Shown: positions 54,147 to 64,000 of the stretch, in pieces
Layout of the letters: the number at the start of each line of letters is the position of its first letter
Numbering within the stretch: the first letter of the stretch is position 1
Origin: Chiloscyllium plagiosum
Lineage: Eukaryota
Length of the DNA stretch: 64,000 bases
Direction: 5' to 3'
NCBI RefSeq assembly: GCF_004010195.1
Contig: NC_057749.1
Location: forward strand, 10,018,728 to 10,082,727
Program-made: the position numbers and the translations under genes
Notes under the pieces: generated by a model
What the model was told of the DNA's origin: nothing
The model's database searches: none
The model's input: only the letters and a program-made list of their open reading frames with translations

Positions 54147-54180
54147 GAGAAGCGCCCAATTCCAGAACCAGGGCCTGGTG
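54147..54180 (+). CDS. SORD: SORD exon 2 (EKRPIPEPGPG, 34 nt)
   Basis: Acceptor cttctctttgcag|, donor GTG|gtaagt; matches E.YPIPEPGPN of SORD; phase 0 to 1. Confidence 0.95.
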
Positions 54181-54794
54181 GTAAGTATGTTCTCCATAAG
54201 GTTTCTTGAGTGCAGCTTTTAAGTGGCCTACTTTCTCTCTTGGTAACCCATTTTACAAGCACCCCACCCTAACCAGTAAGGCAGGTTCCAGCTTTAACAC
54301 AATCATATCACAGTTTGCAGGCTTTTTATACCCTTTATTGTCAGTTCACTTCTTCTCCAATATCAAAAAAGATACCTTTGACAAAAGGCCATTAACAGTT
54401 GGAGTGTATAAGTGCTTTACTAAGACTGGGCACTAGATGTTTGTGATAAGGCTTGCTAATAGTTCTTAAAAAATGGTATACTGAATTTTAGCTCTTTTGT
54501 TTCCCATTTAAAAATAACATCTACATGCATGTACAGCAGTAAGGAATTTGACATACCCAACTGTTCGCTCTCAATATTAGAATAGGGTTTCATGCAAGCT
54601 TTATGCAGGGGGTTGACTTTGAGAAATGAACCTTAAAGAAGCAATCTCCCTAAATCCAGTCCTTAGTTGTTTCACTGTCAGTGACATTCATTGGCAACAC
54701 CATTGAAAGAATCCCATCATTCTCTCAATGAGGGAAATAGCCAACAATGCATAATTTATTATAGTTACTTTAATCCACCTGTTCAGATGCTATT

Positions 54795-55305
54795 GGAAGA
54801 CATTGCTAAACTTGAAAGGGTTCAGAAAAGATTTGCAAGGATGTTGCCAAGGTTGGAGGCGGTTTGAGTTATAGTGAGAGGCTGAATAGGCTGAGGCTGT
54901 TTTCCTTGGAACATTGGAAGCCAAGGGGAGATCTTATAGAGGTTTATAACATTGTGAGGGGCAAGGATAGAGTGAATAGTCAAGGTCTTTTTCCCAGGGT
55001 GGGAGAGTCCAAAACTAGTGGGAATAGGTTTAGGGTGAGAGGGGAAAGATTTAAAAGGGACCTAAGGACCAACTTTTTCACACAGAGGGTGGTACGTGTA
55101 TGGAATGAGCAGCCAGAGGAAGTGGTGGAAGCTGGTACAATTACAACATTTAAAAGGTATCTGGATAGGTACATGAATAGGAAGCGTTTCGTGGGATATG
55201 GGCCAAATGCTGGAAAATGGACTAGATTAAGTTAGGATATTTGGTTGGCATTGACGAGTTGGACAAAAGGGTCTGTGTCTGTGCTGTACATCTCAATAAC
55301 TGTAT
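54795..55305 (+). mobile_element. CR1/HER1 LINE 3' fragment
   Basis: SYSERLNRL.LFSLE...RGDLIEVY...NFFTQRVVRVWNE. Confidence 0.9.
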
Positions 55306-55729
55306 GTGCAATGACACCCATCCAAGCTGGTAGGATTTGATCCCAGACCCTTCTAAGTCAATGATAAAGACACTACCACGGTGGGCCAGGGCAGTGTCCT
55401 CTTAATATGAAGCCTCTCAACAACTAATCTTTACATCGTGCCCATTACTTCACAGCAATTTTTTATATTCATTTAGTTTAGTTTCTTCCTTCAATGCCAC
55501 ACACTGTCATGACTTGGAATTGTATCACCGTTCCTTCACTGTCGCTAAATTAAAATCCCAAGTGCTCTCCTTAGTACCTCTATACCACGTACCCCACAGT
55601 GATCCGAGAAAGGAGCTCACTACCATCTGATTTGAAACACATTCAAGGCTATGGGCCATGTGATGGAAAGTGTGGACTTTGAGTGGTGTTGACAGTGCAG
55701 ACTCAATGGCTGAAGGAGCCTCTCCACAT

Positions 55730-56030
55730 AGAATCTCTCCAGTGTGGGAGCAGGCCATTTGGTCCACACTAACCCTCCGCAGAGTGTCCCATCCAAGACC
55801 CAACCCCCTACTTTACTTTTCTCATGGCTCACCTACCTAGCCTGCACATGATTTATGTAACCTGCACATCTTTGGACATTGGGATGAAACTGGAGCACCC
55901 AGAGGAAACACACGCAGACATGGGGAGTACATGTAAACTGCACACAAATAGTCATCCAGAGGTTGGCATTGAACCTGAGTCCTTGGTACTATGAGACAGC
56001 AGTGCTAACCACTGAGCCACTATGCCACCC
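55730..56030 (-). mobile_element. HE1-type V-SINE (SORD intron 2)
   Basis: Reverse complement of consensus. Confidence 0.85.
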
Positions 56031-57128
56031 TGTACCCTGTGCTATCCTGTTCTTCTGAACAGTATAATTCTATGATTCTCTAGGGAAACTAGGGATGGCT
56101 AGGACCATCCACATTCTACGAACAAATAAACAAACGTCAACTATAAGCTTGAAACAGAAGAATACATCCTTGCACCCCAGTACCAACAGTCCAAAGGGCA
56201 GTTCTGGTTTTGGTGAGGTCAGGGTAGGGAATCTGTTTGAGGTATACGATATTATAAGAGGAATAGAAAGGGTTGATTGTGAGAATCATTTCCCCATGGC
56301 AGACATGGCTAAGACCAAAGAGCATAAGCTTAAGATGAGGAGTCAGTCGTTTATAGGGAATCCATGGAAAGATATTCTCCCCCCAGGTGAGTGGTGTAAA
56401 TATGGAACACACTGCCTGAGAAGGGTCATAGAGATGTACAGCACGGAAACAGACCCTTCGGTCCAATGCGCCCATGCTGACCAGATATCTGAAACCAGTC
56501 TAGTCCCATTTGCCAGCATTTGGCCCATATCCCTCTAAACCCTTCCTATTCATGTACCCATCCTGATGTCTTTTAAATGCTATATTTGTACCACCCTCCA
56601 CTACTTCTTCCGGCAGCTCATTCCATACATGCACCACCCTTTGCATGTAAAAGTTCCCCTTAGGTCCCTTTTAAATCTTTCCCTGCTCATCTGAGACCTA
56701 TGCCCTCTTGTTCTGGACTCCCTCACCCCAGGGAAAAATCCTTGTGATTAACAATCAGCCAGTTTGCACTTTCAATTAGGAGGGTGAACTTAGTGAACTT
56801 AGCTTATTTGTGAGCTTAGATGTTTTAATAGTTAATATTGGAAGGAGCCCAGTTGATCTATGAACTCTCTCTGGATATGTTTTTGTCAGTGCACATGCTA
56901 TTAAACATAATCCTGAGTGAAAATAATGCATTACACCAGTTCTCTTCAAATAAACCAAATCTTAATAATTTAGGGTAGTAATTTAATTGGGCTATTTCAA
57001 TGACATCTTAAATTTACTTTTATTCTAAAACATAGCTTTAGCTCACAAAAGCCATGATACCTTTCTGCTCAGGGCTGTTAATGGTTTGAAATCAACGTTA
57101 TACATTTCTTGCTGTGCTGTGCTTTCAG

Positions 57129-57293
57129 AGGTGCTGTTGAAGATACATTCAGTCGGGATCTGTGGCTCCGATGTGCATTACTGGCAGCATGGAAAGATCG
57201 GTGATTTTGTTGTCAAAAAGCCAATGGTTTTGGGGCACGAAGCCTCAGGGACTGTGCACAAGCTGGGGCCTGAAGTACAACACCTGAAAGTAG
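57129..57293 (+). CDS. SORD: SORD exon 3 ([56 protein letters not shown], 165 nt)
   Basis: Acceptor gctttcag|, donor TAG|gtcagt; contains catalytic zinc motifs GICGSD and GHE of medium-chain dehydrogenases. Confidence 0.98.
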
Positions 57294-58221
57294 GTCAGTT
57301 CACAAAATACACATTCACAAAACTAAAAGAGAAAGAAGGAAATTGCTAGATATTGCAATTTCAGGATGTCCCAAAACACATTTGCAACCGACTTAAATGC
57401 TTCTGAAGCGTAATCACTGTGATAAGGCTGCGGTTGCCAGTTGTACACAACGAGTTCCCTTAAAGATCAATGAGGTAACAAGATCATCTGTTTAATGATG
57501 TTGATTGAGAGATAAACATTAACCAGACACTGGAGAATGTTCTTCTCCTGCTGATTAGTAATGCCATTGAACTCTTTACCTGTGAGGGGCAAGACAGTGG
57601 AGCAGTCACTCAGTGTGTCAGCCTGGATTATGTGCGCAAGGACCTGAACCCACAATCATCTGACTCTATGATGAGACTGCTACAAAGTGAACCATGAAAC
57701 TTCCACTTGCAAGAGCAAACATACCTGCCTTTAGGACATCTTTAGGAGTCCAATTTTCTCACTGAACTTCAAGGGCAGAAATTAATCATATACTATTTTA
57801 ATAATCTATATTTGAATGTGCACCATTTATTTAGTTTTCCCAAATTTAATTAAATATTGTTGCTAGTTCTTAAGTCCGAAGGATTAGAATTCAATTTAAT
57901 TAATTCCAAAAGTAAAATCCAGATTAATATAAAAGGCTCATGACCTGCTTGATTCCCACTTAGTTGTAGTTTTTTGAGCATCTTGCCTGACAAGAGAAAT
58001 AAATTGACAAAATGATCTTACTTTTTGCATTGGGTAAAGTTTAAACTGAGGCCACGTGTGAGATCATAAAACCTTGGACCATCACAACACACTAACGGTA
58101 TCCTTTGATCCATTATTTCTTGTGCCTGCTGTTAAAAGAGCGGTGCAATTATCCCGATCCCACCATTTCGATCTTGCCCCGTGGCCCTTCAATTTTATCA
58201 CAAATGTTTCCTCTGCTGTAG

Positions 58222-58381
58222 GTGACAGAGTATCTATTGAGCCAGGTGTCCCAAGAGAAAACTGTGAATTTTGCAAAATTGGACGCTACAATCTCTCTCC
58301 AACGATTTTCTTCAGTGCTACACCTCCTGATGATGGGACTCTTTGTCGATACTATGTCCACAATGCCAACTACTGTTTCAA
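58222..58381 (+). CDS. SORD: SORD exon 4 ([54 protein letters not shown], 160 nt)
   Basis: Acceptor ctctgctgtag|, donor CAA|gtgagt; GDRV.IEPG and ATPPDDG.LCR motifs; phase 1 to 2. Confidence 0.98.
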
Positions 58382-58502
58382 GTGAGTTCCTCATGCTTGG
58401 TCAGAGGCTACTAGATTTGACATCTGCATCCCTGAGTTTGGGAATGGGAACGTTGGCCATGGACTGCTGTATGCACGGGTATTAGATAACATTTGTGAGA
58501 TC

Positions 58503-58735
58503 GTGATTTGGGGATGCCAGTGTTGGACTTGGGTGTACAAAGTTAAAAATCACACAACACCAGGTTATAGTCCAACAGGTTTAACTGGAAGCACTAGCTT
58601 TTGGAGTGATGCTCCTTCATCAGGTGGTAGTGCTGATTGTACACCGCAACCACCTGATGAAGGAGCGTCGCTCCGAAAGCTAGTGCTTCCAATTAAACCT
58701 GTTGGACTATAACCTGGTGTTGTGTGATTTTTAAA
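58503..58735. mobile_element. Palindromic Penelope-like short insert, family 2
   Basis: ~85-bp inverted arms (58543-58734), ~40-nt asymmetric tail, hammerhead core in each arm, TSD ATYTGTGAGATC 58491-58502 / 58736-58747. Confidence 0.8.
58651..58685 (+). ncRNA. Minimal hammerhead motif, family 2, intact core
   Basis: CAC-CUGAUGA-A-GGAGC-GUC-GCUCC-GAAAGCUA-GUG; stem I CAC/GUG, palindromic AGCU, CUA triplet; sense in SORD intron 4. Confidence 0.6.
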
Positions 58736-58849
58736 ATCTGTGAGATCAAGATGGTTAATTAGGCTGTTATGAATAGAGTTGTGTTCTTGAGATTATTATA
58801 CAATTTCATCCATACTACTACATGTTTTTTAAACTGTAAGTTAACACAC

Positions 58850-59130
58850 TTGCATGGTGGCCTTGTGGTTAGCATTACTGCCTTGCAGTGCCAGGAAGCC
58901 AGGTCTGAGTCCTGCATTGGCTGACTGTCTGTGTGGAATTTGCATATCCTCCCTGTGTCTGTGCAGGTTTTCTCCAGGTGCTCCAGTTTTCTCCCAGAGT
59001 CCAAAGATCTGTAGGTTAAGTAGATTGGCCATGGGGAATGCAGGGTTACAGGGATGGGGTTAGTCTGGGTAGGATGCTATTCGGAAGGTTGGTGTGGATT
59101 TGATGGGCTGAATGGCCTGCTTCCACATTG
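58850..59130 (+). mobile_element. HE1-type V-SINE (SORD intron 4)
   Basis: Same consensus motifs. Confidence 0.85.
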
Positions 59131-60779
59131 TTGGGGTTGAATGATTCTTAATTAAGATAGTGGAATTATTAAAAATAACATTATGTAAAGTAGCTAAAAG
59201 CAAATGCTGATTGAGACTGTTGAAAGTGATTGCATCAAAGAATAGCAATGTATATTGGTTGTGGTGGCTGCTTTGCTATGTAGAGAGTATCAATGGTGTG
59301 AGTTCAGTTCTAACAGTGCTGTGTTGACCTCCCCCGAGGCATGATGCCCCTCAGGTAAAACTTCACCACGAGTTGGCACTCTCTAGTGAGAAAGTGTCCC
59401 TCTGGGAATTTGGTTGTTGCTATTACGACGACCACCGGGTCATCTTGCAATATTTGCTGTAAATGTAAACAGAATTCACTTCCTGCAGTGAATTTGTGCG
59501 CAGTCTTGTTCTTGGCAAATACATTCTATTTGAATTGTAAAACTATCGATGCAGTGCTGAGTTAGCTTCTTGCCACTCCACTCCATCCTCTACTCACATG
59601 TCAGTATTTTAAACTGAGATGAGTTGCAGGACTGGTTACGTTTCTAAACCTGTCCTTTCTATTCCCACTCTAAAACTATCCAGTATTAGAATACAAACTG
59701 CACTTTCTCAGTATTCTTTGGTTTGCAGCAAATCAGCCTTTCTGCTTTCAATCCGCAAACATGTCACCATGGGCAGCAGCTTGGGGAAATCGAAAATGGT
59801 AACATCACTTCCAGTTTTACCTCAAAATGCCAGAAAAGCTGGGAATCACTGGCAAACTATAATGGCTTTTGAAAAATATTTTAAGACTCATGGTGATTGT
59901 TTAGTTGTAGTCCAGTGGGCTGACACTAGACCCCATCCGTGATTTTTCCCTGAAAGTCCTGAAAACATTTCCTTTTCATTAATCATTTCTCTACAGATTG
60001 TCACATATAGATAAAATGACAAAATATAAATGTATCAAGGCCCAGTTCCCAATACATTATTGCACGTGTATTCGCAAAGAGCTGTACTTAGACACTGAGA
60101 CAACAAAGGTGTGTCCGGCTTATCAATATCAACCTGAGGTACACAATAAATGCAATAAAATTAAACTGAATTCACTTCCTTCTGTGAATTCATGGCATAG
60201 TCTTATTCTTGCAGATACATTCTGTCTGAACTGTACAATTATAGATACAGTGCTGAGTTAGCTTCCTGTCACTGCACTGCACCCCCTACTCTGTCAGTCA
60301 GTATTTTCAACTGCTATGAGCTGTGGGACTGGTTAGATCTCTAAAACTAACCTTTCTATTCCCATTTCAAAATGGCTAGCATTCAAATGCAAACTGCATT
60401 ACGATCTGTTTTATGTCCTCAAATTGATATGTGAATGGACTTTCAAAACCACATTCATTTGATGTGCTTTGTCCATCTTAAATAATGATTTTGTGTCAAC
60501 ATTGTAAAGTTGGTTCTGTTTTTTATTGTGTGGTACAATATTCCATCCCATTAATTAGGTCATGATTTGTATACATTAATAACTGGTAGGGTTATGCATT
60601 GATTGTGGATAAGTGGAGACAGCCAGGAATGATAGACACCCTCAATGTACCTTTTCAGGTTGTGTACGTTCTGTTTCAGTGGATTGCCATCTGGTACTGC
60701 CCGGCCAAAGATAAGAAATGACGCGAAAAGCTGTCAAGGTGACAAAAGGGTCTAACATTTGCAGCATCTCTTGTTTCAG

Positions 60780-60898
60780 GCTTCCTGAATGTGTGAGCTT
60801 TGAGGAAGGTGCAATGATCGAACCACTTTCTGTTGGGATTCATGCCTGTCGTAGAGGTGGAGTGCACATGGGACAAAGAGTCCTCATTCTTGGGGCAG
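60780..60898 (+). CDS. SORD: SORD exon 5 ([39 protein letters not shown], 119 nt)
   Basis: Acceptor cttgtttcag|, donor CAG|gtaggg; [18 protein letters not shown] is typical of SORD. Confidence 0.98.
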
Positions 60899-62089
60899 GT
60901 AGGGCAGTGGCCCATGTAGATTACTTACTACTGACGTCAGTAACAAAATGGATTGGTGAGAAATTGATGCCAATTTCCATGCTGTTTTAAAATGAGTTCA
61001 AGCTGGAACACACTGTTGAATTGTAGGGATCTCTCAAGTCAATTGAAAAATAATTTGGATTGAGCCATTAACAATCATATAAACCACTTTCAGAAACTGC
61101 TGAATAGCAGTTAGCATAAGTATGGTGAGAGGTGTAGTCAAGGGGAAGTCTAAAACAATGATTCACTATACAGACTAAATATGTCTTGTGTTCTTAAATG
61201 GATTTGTTGTTCTCTATTATTTGGAGAGAAATGCTGTTATTTCCGATAGGTCACAATATCGCTTGTTCAGTTAGTTCAATGTAGATGTTAAGTTCATAAG
61301 ACCATAAGACAGAGGAACAGAAATTAGGCCATTCAGCCTATTGAGTCTACTCCACCATTCAATCATGGCTGATAAGTTTCTCAATACCATTTTCCCGTTT
61401 TCTCCCCGTAACCCTTGATCCCCTTAACAATCAAGAACCAATCTATCTCCGTTTTACATATACTCAATGACCTGACCTCCACAGTCTTTTGTGGCAGTGA
61501 ATTCCATAGATATTCATTTTGCCAGCCCAAAGTCTGGCAACTTATCTGAAGTTAGTCACATTATCGGCCTTGCTGTCTCCCAAGTTCTGAAATTGGTACT
61601 AATTGTGTGAATTTACAGATCACTGTGATCTTCTGGTTACAGCACTGAGACTCAAAGAAAAGCAGGACATGTTCAGCTTGCGGTGAATGCACTATTGAGT
61701 GTGTTTATATTGCAATCCTGAAAGGGAACCTGCTCCATTGACCAGGGCGGTAAGCGGATGGAATCCAAAATAAAATCCAAGTGTCAACATGAGCCACCAT
61801 CTGATATTTTTAGGCAACATTAATAGATATGAAAATCACCCAGAATCAAAGCAAAGAGCTCATATTTTTCACGCAGTTACACTTCTTTCAGTTTTGTAGA
61901 AAGACATTGTTCCCAGTGAAGGAAATCTCTGCTCATGTTAGCCATGTACCTCCATACAGAATGGAGTCATAGACTCATTGAAGTCTACAGCACAGAAGAG
62001 GGCCCTTCGGCCCATCGAGTCTGTGCTGGTCAAACACAAGAAACTATTCTAAACCCATTTTCTCGCATTTGGTTCATATATTTGTACAG

Positions 62090-62292
62090 GAGAAACTGAG
62101 AACCGCAGATGATAGACATTAGATTTGAGAGTGTGGTGCTGGAAAAGCACAGCAGGTCAGACAGCATCCAAGAAGCAGGAGAGTTAACGTTTTGTGTATA
62201 ATTCTGATGATGGGCTTATGCCCGAAATGTCCATTCTACTGCTCCTCCAATACTGCCTGACCTGCTGTGCTTTTCCAGCACCACACTCTCGA
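62090..62292. mobile_element. Palindromic Penelope-like short insert, family 1
   Basis: gagagtgtggtgctggaaaagcacagcaggtcag ... ctgacctgctgtgcttttccagcaccacactctc; central ctgatgatgggcttatgcccgaaatgtc. Confidence 0.75.
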
Positions 62293-62606
62293 TGCATATA
62301 TTTATATGCCTTGATATCGCAAATGCACATCAAAATGCATCTTCAATGTGATGAGGATTCCTGCCTCTACCATAGTTACAGGCAGTGAGTTCCCAATTCT
62401 CACCACCCTCTGGGTGAAAATGTATTTCCTCACATACCTGGCTTTTGGGATGCTGCACACTGTGGGGCTGTAAGAAAAGACAAAGAAGAAAGAAATTGTG
62501 TTGGTTAAAAGGCAAAATAAGCTGATGAGTTAGAAATCTCAATTTGCCTAAAATAACGCATTTTTGCTCCAGTACCTTGCATGTTATCTGTCAACCTTTC
62601 ATTTAG

Positions 62607-62672
62607 GGACAATTGGTCTGATGAACCTGCTAGTCGCTAAATCTATGGGAGCGGATCCAATTGTAGTTGTAG
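62607..62672 (+). CDS. SORD: SORD exon 6 (GTIGLMNLLVAKSMGADPIVVV, 66 nt); gene continues beyond window
   Basis: Acceptor ctttcatttag|, donor TAG|gtaagg; completes Rossmann GxGxxG (GAGTIG) and AK.MGA motif; phases join exons 1-6 into one open frame. Confidence 0.95.
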
Positions 62673-63545
62673 GTAAGGTTACGTTTCTGTGAATTTAACA
62701 TCATTTCTTTAAAAAACAAATGCCTGAATGTTATGCTTTTGGTGACTACTGGGGGGACCATAGGGCTGGTACATGGATAATGGCTGTTCAAAACTACTTC
62801 AGTTAGAACATTTAACATTTTTGGGTGACACACTTGAGTGGGAATAAGAGTTTGGAGGAGGATGCAAAAAGGCTTCAAATCGATTTACACAGACTGAGTG
62901 AGTGAACAAGAACATGGCAGGTGGAATATAAATGTGATGAGGTTTGAAAAGTGTTGAAGGCTGAAGGAACATAAGTGTTCCTTACTTATAAGTCACTGAA
63001 TATCTACAGCAGCTCAAGATATCCAAGGGTTGGGGTCTGTTGGAGCCCTACAGGACATGCTTCACAATCCTTTCCATGGATTGACACCTTGTTACAGTGG
63101 AGAAGCTTCGGAGTTCATTGATCCCAAGAGCAAAGCTGTGAGGAATTCTCAAATCCAGACCTAGTCAGCCATGATGGGAAGGTTGGAGGGGAGGAACCAG
63201 ACAAAGTAGAATCCGAAACAAGTTCCGGTAGTGATCCAGGCTGATGATACATTTGAAAGACATTTGGACAGGTTTGAATAGGAAAAGTTTAGAGGGAAAT
63301 GGGCCATGCACAGGCAAGTGGAATTAGTTTAGTTTGGGAAACTGTCAGTATGGATGAGTTGGACCAAAGAGTTTTTGTTTCTGTGCTATATGACTCTATG
63401 AAAGCTAACATGGAGCAAGTAATTTGGAAGGCAAACAGTATGTTGGAATTTGTTGCAAAAGGACTGAACACAGGGAGAAGAATATCTTGCTTCAACTGTG
63501 CAGAAAGCACTGGTGAAACCACACCTGGAGTAATAAAGGGTGCAG

Positions 63546-63632
63546 GATTAGTGGTACTGGAAGAGCACAGCAGTTCAGGCAGCATCCGAGGAGCAGTAAA
63601 ATCGACATTTCGGGCAAAAGCCCTTCATCAGG
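63546..63632 (-). mobile_element. 87-bp family 1 hammerhead insert with perfect TSD
   Basis: TSD AATAAAGGGTGCAG 63532-63545 / 63633-63646; minus strand starts cctgatgaagggcttttgcccgaaatgtcgat. Confidence 0.8.
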
Positions 63633-64000
63633 AATAAAGGGTGCAGCACAGTTTAACCAATCTGATTCCTGGGATGGTGGAGAGATTGAGGAGACAGTCT
63701 CTGTATTCTCCAGGGTGAAGTTGCTGCTGGCCCTCTGCTTGCTGGTGCATCTGTCCCTCTTCCTTTTTTTGTGCCTTTGTTGTATCATGGCAACAAAGAC
63801 AGGTAACACCCTTGCTGTCAGCTGCTACAGGGATGCCACTGGCAATATTTACTGTGATGTCGCATTCAATCAGACTGTAACGAGAACTGAGTGAGAATAT
63901 TGACTGGATGAAGAAACAATCATCCTGAGTGTGTTCCTGACTGGACTTGGATTGCTTGTTGTGGTTGGTATCCATCAACTTCTGGAATCTAGAAAAAGAA

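Noticed and set aside
59615..59670. SECIS-like ATGA...AAA hairpin in SORD intron 4 duplicates
   Set aside because: Intronic, no correctly placed 3' GA quartet, and no in-frame UGA in SORD exons
62673..64000. SORD exon 7
   Set aside because: No DL...RL..AKE.GAD-like peptide found; region is repeat-derived, so the exon lies downstream

Overview
Eukaryotic (vertebrate) genomic DNA, most likely an elasmobranch (shark). The basis is dense HE1-type tRNA-derived V-SINEs, CR1/HER1-type LINE fragments and Penelope-like (PLE) short repeats. The only protein-coding gene I can identify is sorbitol dehydrogenase (SORD, + strand): a CpG/GC-box/CCAAT promoter at ~51.0-51.27 kb and coding exons 1-6 (51276-62672). 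The remaining exons lie beyond the window. The first ~50 kb is repeat-rich. It holds a 5'-truncated L1/Tx1-clade element with a 16-bp TSD, CR1 copies with a zinc-finger/esterase ORF1 (one internally deleted), an RTE 3' fragment, a G-rich minisatellite with a 125-bp higher-order unit, two assembly gaps and several local duplications. The most striking signal outside the gene is a set of at least three families of very short (~90-270 bp), often palindromic and often TSD-flanked inserts. They carry minimal type-I hammerhead ribozyme cores (CUGAUGA-stemII-GAAA + palindromic ACGU/AGCU stem III), and some carry one core per strand. Repeat boundaries were read by eye and are approximate; SORD exon boundaries were counted base by base.
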